64,000 nt of DNA from Amoebophrya sp. A120. Lineage: Eukaryota; Protista; Dinoflagellata. The DNA lies in assembly GCA_905178155.1 (NCBI GenBank), contig CAJINV010000020.1, positions 248,001 through 312,000 of the forward strand, read 5' to 3'. A program made the position numbers and the translations under genes. Positions 25,040-36,300 of this stretch are shown here, piece by piece. Position 1 is the first letter of the stretch; every line of letters begins with the position of its first letter. The notes below the pieces were generated by a model. That model had not been told where the DNA came from. It saw only the letters and a program-made list of their open reading frames with translations, and ran no database searches.

Positions 25040-28000
25040 TCATATCACCTTCGAGCGCGCGGCCGCGTTTCCGGCCGCGGTGGCCGCTGGACCGCCCCCG
25101 ACGTGGTACATAGGCAGGGTCTGCTCCTTCGTCCCGCCGGTAAAAGCGCTTCGTGGCGGCGAATCAGCCAACGGATTGGGCATGCTGTAGTTGGCCAGCT
25201 CTAACCCCTTCGAGCCCATCTTTTCCTCCAGCCACGCCACCGCGCCGGGATCCGTCAGCTTCCGCACCCACTTTTGCGCTGCTCCCAACACCAAGGGGCT
25301 GGTTAAGAGCGAAAACGTGGCGGCGCCCAGGAGCAACAGGTGCACCTTGTTGCTGAACACCCCCCAGTATGAAATGCAAAAATATCGCGCTAGTAGTAAT
25401 TGCAATACAGCTTAGCTTAGCATTGAAAAATGGAATTTGTCATGCTGGTTTACCTTGGGAAGCAGATTTGTCATGCGTACTTATCCGCAGTTAGTACGAG
25501 TGCGTTACATTTGCAATTCATACCCAGGACTTGCCCTTCGCAAGAATTAAAAACGCGAACTCCCCCACGTGGGACAAGCAGAGGGAGATGTAGAGTGCGA
25601 TGGTCAATCTCTGTCCGCCGCAGGCGACTAAGTGCAGCATGGTGGTGAAGAACTTCAAAAACGTCAGGCCCGCCCACACGACGACGATAATCAGAAAGTT
25701 ATCGTACAGGAACAGCGGTCGCATCATCAGCCCAATGTAGCCGAAAAAGATCAGCATGAAGAACTCCTTCAACGGGCGGATCACGTCGGACGCCACGTCT
25801 TTGCAGGGTGGGGGCAGGGCGCAGCCGGCAAGAAACGCGCCGACCTCCTTAGAGAACGTCCCCAGCTGCTCCTATGCACTGCAAATATGTCTGGGTTTGG
25901 AAGACTGCAACTTGTGATGCTGCTTTTGCTTCCCACAAAAATCTGCATTGCGTGAGCAGCAAGAGAAGTTGAGTTTTTGCTTCGCGGAAGTGGCATTTCT
26001 CATGCGATATAGGCATCAGGAACCCCTCACGATGAAATGTGTGATGCTAGGGCAACATACACGACAGACACTATGGGTCATGCAAAATGTGCATCACAAA
26101 CAGTCGCACTCTTTTCGGCCCAGACAAATTTCCATTTGATAGCTCCCCTACTAACACGACCAGTAAACACCAGAGGACGAGCAGCAGCTGCTGTACTTCG
26201 TAGGATTTCCGGAAGTAGTGGTCAAAGATCTTTTTGTTGCGGGACACAAAGTATGAAGTGCAAATTATATGTCTGGGTCTTCTGGAGGAACTTGTGATGC
26301 TGAACGCGGGATAATTGACCCGTTTCCAAGTGCTACCAAGCATGACAAGCCTGTATCGGGTTTTCTCGTAGGTAGTACGCATCACAAACTGCGTCTCAAA
26401 AGGACAAAAAACCGCTGCTCTTGCTGGTCATGCAACACAGAAATTGCACGAATGCTAGACAAGCATCAGAAGCTCTCGGTCCTTTCCAGCGCCAGTCACA
26501 TATTTGCAGTGCATACAAAGCACGCGAGCAAACCCCCCGTACCGAAGAACAGAAACATCTGCACGATGGACATTTCAAACTGGACGAGCGAGAGGTTGAA
26601 GTGCTTGTTTTTCGGTACCTGCGCGTTGAAGAGAATGGGAAACACGGCGAGCGCGACGGCGAGAATCAGGTCCTGCGTCACGAGGATGGAAATCAACGCG
26701 TTGGACTGGATCGAGACCCCGTGGTCGGTGAGCGCGGACCGCTTCAATATCACCGGTCCCTTGCTGTCCGCGGGGCGGATTTTGGAGGACGCGCTCCCGC
26801 GCCGGCTGTAGCTGCGGCGGTTGGTCACGCCCCGGGGGCTGGGCGCGCCCTGGGCCGAGTCCACCTCGGACAGGACCCGGCTGGACTTGTTCCGGTCGCT
26901 CGCGGACCCGTCGTTCTTCTCGGACACGTGGCCATTTGCGGCGCCGGAGGAGGAGGACGACGCGCCGTGGCCGCTGCCCGTGCTAGAGGCGACTTATCCT
27001 GAGTAAAAACGTACCCACCCCAGAGTTGTCATGCAGATTTGCCATGACAGGAACATTTGTGACGCGCAACCCCATGACAGGCATTTTCAATCGTGTTTGG
27101 GAACTTGTAATGCTGTAAACAGGATCCGAAGGTCGATTTGTGATGCGGCTTTCCTTGCTAACTTGCACTACCTTACGGACTGAAACTTGTCATGCGTGAC
27201 TCACAAAACTCCTAGGCTTGTGTTGCAAAATCCCCATCCTGACTCTGCTGTGGGTACGTTTTTACTCAGGATACGACTAACGCGGTACTGGACACACTGA
27301 CAAACACGCCTACTAAAATTGCCTCCTGCAAATCCGTGCCAAGCACCGTCGCAAGGAAGGAAAAAACGGCGACCAGAGAAAACGTCACGAAGAGACCTGG
27401 GAATAAAGGTGTCGGGAGAAATTTCTACTACCTGCTTCCGATCATACCCATGGTACGACATAGCTGCGTTTTATTAGGTTTAGTCTAGTCTGTTGCGAGC
27501 GAGTTTCGAAAAAAAAAATACCTCCCGTCACCGCGGCTCGCCAGGCCTTGAGTATGCGGCGCAGGGAGAAGCTGAAGCCCAGTTCGAACATGAGGAACAC
27601 TAGCCCCAACTCCGCCACGCTCTCCACTTGCACGTGCTCTTGGATCATGTTCCAACCGCCCGGACCGCACACGGACCCGCCCAGCACGCAGCCGAGCGCC
27701 ATGTCCAGCCGGACGAAGCGGATTAGTAGGGCGAACACGCTGCAGAAGAACAGCAGCACGCACAGATCCCGCAGAAACCGCGAGTTATAACAGTGCACAA
27801 CTCCCCCTCCCCCTCCTTTGTCATGCAAAATGCCTAATTTACGCCTTGGCTCTTGGCCCTGTTTGCATGACAAGTTCTAGCAGCCCAAATAGCACTATAT
27901 TCCAGTGCAAATTTGTCATGCAAAACCAGCACCCTTGCTGATGCTTGTATTGCTGTTCATGCCATACAAATGAGGGGGAGGGGGAGTTGTGCACTTTTAT

Positions 28001-29396
28001 ACGAGTCCGCCGGGATGCTGAAGTCGGCCTTGCGCGACAGCACGTAGTGATCGCCGTCCGCGTCGATGAACTCGTCCACTTTCTTCGCGCCCGCGAATAC
28101 GTCGTCCTCATCAGACGAGGTGCTGCTTATTGTGTTCATGTCGCTATTAAAAGGGTCGTTGCCATTGTTCTCTGTTGCGTCGCCAGCAGCATCTCTCCCC
28201 ATCCCACTACCATTCCCGCTCCCCGCGCCGGAAGTAGAACTACGGCTACTGCTTCGAAGCCGCGCGGCGGCCGCGACGCGGGCGAGCGTCGCCGCGGAGG
28301 AGGTAGAGCTGCTGCTACTACTACTCCCACCAAGCGCTTGCGACGCACTACTGCTGCCCATGATCGCGAAGTGCGTGACCGGCTCGCCGGACACCAGCGG
28401 CAGGATGTGCCGCTCATCCAGCCGCCGGGTGGCGGCGGCGAAGAGGGATTCTTCGGGGAGGATTTTCAAGTTCCCCGCGCTGCTGTGCGGACGGAAGTTG
28501 TCGACCCACTGCTTCGGGATCTCGCACCAGAAGACCTCCACGGTGACGCGCTCCTCGGGGTCCCACGCGGGCGCGGTCACGCGGATGGCGTCGCCGTTGC
28601 GGGTCAGCTGGCCGTCGACCATTTTGGATTTGGCGTTTTGGGTCGAGAAAAAACGGATCCCGATCTTCTCCCGGTGCGCCGGGAGGAACCGCGGCAGCGG
28701 GAACTCCGGCCGGATCTCGATGGACGTGCTGCGCCCGCCGATGATGGTCGGCGGGCTAATGGTCAGGTCGCCGAAGTCCTTGTACACCCGGAACAGCGCG
28801 CCGTCGTACGGATCCAGGTCGTGCGGAATCTCGAAGGGCTTGGTGGGCTCGAAATGGCTTGTTGATGTCGGAGGTGCTGGTGCTGCGCGGGGCCCGTCGT
28901 CCTCGCTCGGGGTCGCGGTAGAAGTCCTCTTCGGGGTAGAAGTGGTAGAAGATGTTCCATCGTCGCGCCCACCCGCCTTTCTTTCGTCCCCGGAAGAAGC
29001 CGAGGCTTCTTGCTGTTTCTGTTTGCAGTCGAGCACGCTCCAAGCCCAAACGTCGGTGACGTCCCGCGGAAGCTCGAGCACGAACTCGGTATAGCCGTCG
29101 CCGCGGCCCACTTCCGTCCCGGAGACCAACCGCGGGACGTCCGGCGGCGGCCGCAGAGGAGCGGGGTGGTCCTCGGCATCTTTATTCTCGGGGCTAGTGG
29201 CCGAGGACGTCGGTTTTGTTGGATGCCGGAGCGGCAGCAGGATAAAGCAAGAACTGCCATCCCGCCGGCGAACCTTGAGCTGCGTCGAGTCGACCGGCCC
29301 GCACTCGGGCTCGAGCCGGATCCACGCGCGCGCATGATGCGGGATCAGACACACGAGCGAGGCTGCCGCGAGACACGTCCTCCGCCGGTCGCGCAT
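25040..29396 (-). CDS. CPA2 cation/H+ antiporter (KEA4-6/TMCO3-like K+ efflux antiporter) with signal peptide and long N-terminal region
   Basis: DSRFLRDLCVLL, GSVCGPGGWNMI, VESVAELGLVFLMFELGFSFS, VGVFVSVSSTALV, ILVTQDL, EVGAFLAG, IRPLKEFFMLIFFGYIG, SHVGEFAFLI. Confidence 0.9.
25364..25523 (-). mobile_element. Introner (GT-GG)
   Basis: TIR TATGAAWTGCAAA; perfect TSD CTGGG; restores KSW-GVF. Confidence 0.85.
25869..26142 (-). mobile_element. Introner family B-like (CT-AG)
   Basis: TIR TAT..TG.AAAT.TGTCTGGG; perfect TSD GGAGC; restores VGE-QLG. Confidence 0.88.
26248..26516 (-). mobile_element. Introner family B-like (GT-TT)
   Basis: TIR TATG.A.TGCAAAT; perfect TSD CTTTG; restores ACF-VSR. 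Confidence 0.88.
26991..27274 (-). mobile_element. Introner family A (GT-TC)
   Basis: TIR TATCCTGAGTAAAAACGTACCCAC..CAGAGT; perfect TSD AGTCG; homologous to 8686-8964. Confidence 0.93.
27782..28002 (-). mobile_element. Introner (GT-TC)
   Basis: 30-bp TIR TATAAMAGTGCACAACTCCCCCTCCCCCTC (1 mismatch); perfect TSD ACTCG; restores PADS-RFLRD. Confidence 0.93.
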
Positions 29397-32300
29397 AGTG
29401 CAGAAGTGAGAAATGGAACCGTCGCGCGGTGCTTTGTCATCGATCCTCGCGATACAAGAAAGAACAAACGTAAGCGAGCGAGAGGATGCAGCAAAGTGAA
29501 TCAAGAGTAAACTTGTGTTTATTCCTCGAGGTATGGCGTCGCTGTAGAAGGTTTTAACTAGATCACTTGTTTATCGTGTGGATGCAGCTCGTTACAACTT
29601 CTCTGATCGCCTATCGCGCTGCGGTGTTTTGAAAAGCGACAGGACATTTTCTCGGTTTATGGTACGCGACAATCCAAAGAGTAAGCTTGGTTGTGCAGGT
29701 TGAGTGAAACGCGGTGCGAACAAGTGCGGCTCTCCGGCACAGTTTCCCTCTGTCGTATGTGACGCTGCTGCCCGCGCGCCGGGCGACCCCCGCAGACGTT
29801 TCCTCATTGGGAGCGATCCTAAAGAATCCGCCGGCAAATTCAGTGCCCGGCGGACCGTGGCGCGCGGGCCGAATCGCACACCGCGCGGTCCTGCGGAACC
29901 TCGAATTGAAAGCGCGGTGGATGCATCGTGCCCCGCCCGGCGGGCAATGACGCGACAAATCCCCGTCGAAAAACACGCGGGGGCGACCAGTTTGGCGCGG
30001 CCCGTCCCCGTTTTGTGCCTGATTCGCGGCGGCCCTTGCGCCCGGCCCGGGTGGACATAGGAAAGCCGGACCCTGTCCCCTCCTACACCGGCCTGAGTCG
30101 GCCCAAGCCCCACCCGCGGAACCCGGGTTGCTTTGCATACACCCCGGGGGCCGGATACTGTACCCGGGGCCTTTCGTAGGGATGAAACGGGACCGCGGGG
30201 CACCCGGGTAGCCGCGTTGTGCCCCTGCTCCCGCCGCGCATGTTAAGGGGCGGAATCGGACACCGGGGGGGGGGGGGGGGGGGAGTGCGATCGATTCTCC
30301 AGACGTCTAGTCCGGCTGTCTTCCATATAAGGCGGACGTCGAGAATCCATCACAGACCACAGCGTTCAGGGCCGTTTCCATCGGCTGGCCTCCATATTGA
30401 ATATTGTGGCCACCTTGGTGATCTTTCCCGGATCTTCAAAATTTTCCAAAATTGCAAAAGTCGCTTGCCTCGTTGTGTAGCATCCAAGTTACGTGCGATA
30501 CCCCTGCAATATGCATATTGCTTTCATTTTTACGTCATATGTACATTTTTACATTAAAGTTACATCATGAACAAAGGGCCCTGCTGTATCTCTCAACTTT
30601 TTCAAAAAATTGCAAAATTCCAAAACTGGAAAGCGCACAGAAAATTTTCTGCAAAAGGAGTAACTATTGCACCAATTTGCTACAAATGTCCAATATTATT
30701 TTATTGGCAAGACACAAACACTCTCACACGCCCGAAATTTTCAGTGATTTTCAAAATAAGAAAAACTAAAAACGTCACGACTTTCAATTTTTCGTATAAA
30801 GTAAAGCGGTGACAGTTGTTAAAGTGCTTTGCTCTTAATATTTATTGTTTGCAGACTCTGTGTCTTTATTTTTTCTTTAAATAGTACCACAATAATTTTT
30901 TTTAAAAAAATCAAAAAAGCAAAAATTTTGAAAATGATAAGAGTGCCTAATAAATCTTTCAGAATTTGGATACATTAAGAGCTTAGGTATTTTTTCTCTT
31001 GCTTTGTGATGTATGGGTGCTCCTGTGGTTGAATTATCATGATATTTCTGATTTTTTAAAATTTTCAAAATTTTCAAAAATTCACGATGTAAAAAAATCC
31101 AACATAATCATGAAAAATAAAGCAAATTGGGCGTGTGTATCGTCATGTATGTGCATCACATAGGTCCAGTAGAGTCCACGTGTGTAATTTTCTGCTATTT
31201 TTCCAATATTTGGGAAATCTGAAAAAAATGGTAAAATTGCGGCGTGCCTAATTATTTAGCCAATCAGGCTGACCCCTTACATTCCATCAGTGATGGCGTA
31301 CCACCTTGGCTTCCGCACATACCAGCCAAATCAGGCCTAGCGTTTTCTGCACAATTTTAAGAAATTTAAAAAATTCAGGCCACCGCCCTCCTGCCCCCGA
31401 CCTTCCTCCCTGGTGGCCCACCCCGGGAATCCAGCGCAAAGCTTCGTCGTGGGGCGTTGCGAATCGGGTGCCGCGCCTGCCTTGTATCCCCCAAAGCCGA
31501 TCCGCCCCCACCGCAGGGCCCGCCTGCCAAGCCTTTGGTGTCCTTGCTGCTTGACGGGGCTTGGGGGGGTACGGGGCCCCTGCCCTTTTGCCACCGCCGG
31601 AAGCCCGCGGCAAAAGCCCCGGACCGATGCCGCACCCGCCCGCCTCGCCACGCTGGCCCAGGCGGAGCCTCTTACCCAAGCGGGCTTGCTGCAAAACCGG
31701 CCCGGGCGGCGCCAAGCTCGTTGTGCGCGGCGCCCTGTTTATCGCCCGTATCCGGTTAAGACGGCTGCCGCGGCGCCCGGCTGAAAATTCTAAGAACCGC
31801 GGCGCTCCGGCGGTTTTCGCCGACCGCGCGGAGCCCGGGAACATAAACAGCTGAAGCGACGTTCCACCTGTTTCCAGTCCGTCGTCTTTTAACCGGTCGC
31901 AAGCGGTCCAATCGCACACGCAGCGGCCGCCCAGCGCTCCCAAAGCCGACAAAGCGCCCGCACGCCTCTCGATGCGCTGTCTGCACTCGAGAGCCCCCCG
32001 CGCCGCCCGGCGAAAGTACAGGCCCAGGACTCCTGCCGAGCCCGCTCTGTGTACGTCCTGGTAGCGTGCGGCGGGTCTCTTCGCGACTGCGTCGGAGGGC
32101 GGTGGCCGAGCTCGTCCAGGAGGCGTAGTCTTCGCACTGGCCATGCGACGCGCCATGATACCACTGCCATCCATAGGCGAAATAAATGAAAACAACATTT
32201 AGTGTGATGCAAAGCTGCTCGGAAGCATCGCGATGCTCGCTCTCTCGCCAGACCGCGATTCTGCGCGGGTTTCGAGCAGTTCTCTTCCCGAAAGAAATTT

Positions 32301-33395
32301 CGCACAACTTTTCGTCTTGACGCAAACGCGATTTGCAGTCCGTGATGATGCTTACATACGACTGTGCACGCGCCACCGGCACTTGCGCAAAACGCGATAC
32401 AATTTGTGCGACGCGACGAGTCGCTCTTAGCAATGTATGCACACATGTTTCATGAAGCATGACACAGTTAAATGCAAACAGAAATCCAGAGTGTAGAAGA
32501 GCTAAAAGAAGTTACTTACTTAGCTGCCTCCTCCTCTGGTGCTATCACTCGGAAAAAAAAGTCGCGCCCCAGTAGTCGACTGCACATCGCGATCTCAGGT
32601 AGTGGCTGTGCGCTAGTGTTTCTATGAAGCAGTGAGCAGTGTCTGGTGCCAGCGCTGCTTTGTTCCCGCGTAAAAGAAAATTAGTTCATCGATCAGCTCG
32701 ATTTATGCAAGAACGTCACGACATGCTGTTGATTGTTCCTTGGTACCAAATCGAATTTTATCGGATCCGAATCGACACACAGTGCCCTGCGTCTTGTCGC
32801 CTTTCCACAAGTAGGCTTCGAGCGCGGTCAGCTAGTGCGGTCCTTATCATGTCATGCTGTCAAGATTCTCGTTGGTCTTTAGTTAAGTACGCGATCCCTC
32901 TTTTCAGATTCGGATCCACCCGGAGCTGCAAGTAGTACGCTCCAGTAGTTCCGCTAAAGTTCCAAAGCAAACAAGACAAAGCGAATATGATCTGGAAAAC
33001 AACATAAATACAGCATGCGGCCGGCGGTTAGTCATTGCCCTGCTGCGTTTCGATGTTTCATCAAAATTTCTACCTCTGCACTATCTGAAAAAATAGCTTT
33101 CGCAACTACGAAACAAATCTTGAACCTATTCCTACAAAATATCTACAACAGCGGTGTACTCTCAGCCTTTGCCCTAACTGTTAGTTGAACAGTACTAGGC
33201 CTAGAAGAAGAAGCAGCTGATAGGTACAAAAATTTGAGCAATTAAAAGGATCTTCTGGTAGTGCACATCACAGTTTATTTTAGAAGTAAAATTTTTTGAA
33301 CGGCAAGATAGAACGTTATCATTGAAGGGAACAAAGTACAACTTTATTCATCGTATCCCATTGCATATACTTGTCGAATAAAACATCAAGACAAA
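29397..33395. promoter_or_regulatory. Divergent strand-switch region: GC-rich arm, AT-rich core, GC-rich arm
   Basis: All genes to the left are minus strand and all to the right are plus; GC arms ~29760-30290 and ~31380-32120; A/T-tract core ~30420-31260; the regulatory role is inferred. Confidence 0.5.
30265..30283 (+). repeat. G19 homopolymer
   Basis: 19 consecutive G at the GC/AT transition. Confidence 0.9.
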
Positions 33396-36300
33396 ATGAG
33401 TCGGCCCGCGCCTCGGAGTACCTTCCAGAAGCCGGAGAATGCGCTTCGTCGGGCGAAGGAACTCGATTCGGTGGGAAACCACGAAGATGCCCTGGCTTTG
33501 CTCGGTAGGATTATACTTTTTGAATCTATTCCAAGCAAGTCTTGCATTATTTTTTTCTTACTGTAAGTCCGCATTACAAATTTTATTTCTCATGCGGAGG
33601 AAATTTGTAATGCATTTGTACAGGTGACGTGATGGGCAATCGGAAGTTCAAGAACAGCAATACGTTGCACGTAATGGAGCAGATTGCCATCTTCGCCCTC
33701 GCGGGCCTGTCCGTGCCCCTGAAGGACCTGAAATCCGCCCGGGACATTCTGATCAACTACCGTTCCATGACGCAAACCACGGCGACGTCGTCCCTGGAAA
33801 AGGTGGTCCGCGAGTTTCGGTCCGCGGCGGAAAAACTCGTGACCGACAGCAAGGAGAAGGCGTCTTCCCTCGCCAAGGGTTTAGATGATGCCCCGGAGGA
33901 CCTGGAAACGCTGGACACCCCGGACAACGCGCTGCGCAAAGCGCTGAAGCCCAAGAACGTCCGGGAGCAGGAGAAGAAGGAGCGGGAGGTATCCTAAGTA
34001 AAAATGCCCCCACCCCAGAGTTGTCATGCAAATCTGCATGCCAAAAAAGTTTCTCATGCGGAGCCCCATGAGAACCATTGTCTAATCCTTTTTTGGAATT
34101 TGTGATGCTAGGATCAGCATGATATGTAGTGAGGTCACCGAACGGTTCTAACCAGGGAGTTTTTTTGACATATACCCTACAAAACGACCGGCACTTTTCA
34201 AGCGACCGGAAGCGTTTTTTAACATAAAAAATTCCAATTATCAAGCGGCCTTGGCTGACCTGGCACCGAATCGCCAGCGGATTCTATCGGTCGCCGCTTG
34301 AAAAAACGACGCAGAGGAGCCAGCAAAAGGAGCGCCATTCTGAGGCGCCCACCGCCTTAGTTTCTGGCGGTTTGGGGCGCCCAAAAGGGCGCCTGGAAAA
34401 AACGCGCCCAAAATCAGAACAGCGAAACAGCATGGCACGGCCGCGATTTCGGAGCATTTTTGGCGGCCGCGAAAGCGGCCGCGTTTTCGCCGGTTTCAGA
34501 GCCTCGGAAGCTTTGCAAAAAGCGCCGGCGCGAAAAATAAAAACGCAAAAAAGAAAAAGCGCGCCAGACGCGCAAAGCCAATCCGCATGTTATGGGCCCG
34601 ATTTTTCTTCGCTTTTTGGGCGCCCCCCGTGGCACCCGGATCGGCCCCATAGCATGGGGGCTGGCTTTCTGAAAGGAAAATCGGGAATTTGCCAAAATTT
34701 GCGACGTTTATCAAGCGGCCGCCATAGCGTGCGGCCTAACGTTACTCACGGCGGTATGGCGAGCCCAGAAAAAGCAAAGCCGCGGCCAAGGCAACGGCCG
34801 GCAAGAAAACGCCCACGACCTCACTACCTCCGCCCCGGCGGCTATATTTGGTATGCTACATCTGTGATGCTTCGGAGCTAGCTAAACAGGATTCCACTAC
34901 GAGGATAAACTTGTCATGCGAAACAACCAGAGGTGGCTGATTTGTCTAGCGGATTTCCCATCTTGACTCTGGTGTGGGGAGATTTTTACTCAGGATAGTC
35001 GGTGCTGGAAAACATCCGGTTCATGTGGGAAACCTACAAGCAGATTCTGGACGTTTTCAAAACCAACGGGAAGACGGAAGACTTGTATTTCTATTTATAC
35101 TTGAATTCATTGTTTTCATACTTATTACTTACACAGCAGGGGCTACAGTTTGTTTCTGGATTTGTGGTCTGTCTTCAGGTATGGTTTGTTTTTGTCATGC
35201 GAGTTGTATTGGATGAACCACGAAATCCACTAAACTCCTTCCAGGTACAACGAAACCGCCCAGCGCGCCCTGACCTTCTGCATGGAGAACCGCCGAACGA
35301 ACGAATTTAAAAAGTTGTGCGATCTCCTGCGAAACAATTACCAGAACCTGTTCAAGCGCGCATCCGCTACCGGAGTCTACCCACCGCATGCGGTAATATC
35401 TAAGGGGTTTTTTCCTCGAATAAAAGTTTGATGTGCTCATGCAGAATCCACTCATCAGTTTCTTTTTGTCATGCGAGACGTGTGGTCACGTTGAAAGAAA
35501 ATCTTCATTTTCACAGGTTAACCCGACGGACAAGGACACAATCGGGCGAACCATCGACACACGGTGCTTTCAGCTGAAGGTTTCCGGCGAATTAGCGCTC
35601 TGGAAGGAATGCTTCAACACCGCGGAGGATCTTTATTCCCTGATGACAAAGAGTACTATACCGATGTTGCTTGCAGTTTTGGCGCGAAGATGATGAAGTT
35701 TTTGTCATGTACAGCCCGCGAAACTAGACAATACTTAGAGCATATGAACAAGATCTACTTGTTAGCGCCGCAGTTAAGTGATTCGCTTTTCACCTATCCC
35801 GTACTAGCTGATTCATTTTCTGTTATGAAAAAACCTAAAACCCAGCAGCATACATTACTCCTGTATACAAAACAAAACAACAGAAAAACCGCGTGCCGCC
35901 ACGCTGGCGCAGTACTACGACTTTTTGTCGCAGATCTGTTTCAAGTCTGGGTCCTTTTTATTCCACGCCTACGCCCTGGTCCGCAACTACACCCTGCACA
36001 AGATCAACCAGAAGAGTTTCCAAGGCGAGGAAAAGACCCGCATGGCGAGTATCGCGGTCCTCGCAACCATGTGCGTTTCTGGGCATTTGCACGAGACTGG
36101 GGAATCCTTCGGGCCCGACCAGGCGGAGGTGGAGAAGCTGCGCCGCATGGCCCAGCTGTTCAACGTGGCCACCGTGCCCACGAAGAACACGTTGAAGACG
36201 GACTTGCAAATCCGGGAAATCCTCATCGACGCGCTTCCCGCGGTGCGCAAATTGTACCAGCTGATCGAGCTCGCGCCGCAGGTCGGCAAGGGTTTCTTGT

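Noticed and set aside
29592-32460. Long ORFs in the strand-switch region as a transposase or other genes
   Set aside because: Overlapping Arg/Gly/Ala/Pro-rich frames expected from high GC; no recognisable motifs
34241-34881. ORFs inside the nested element
   Set aside because: Short and compositionally biased, with no DDE or other motif
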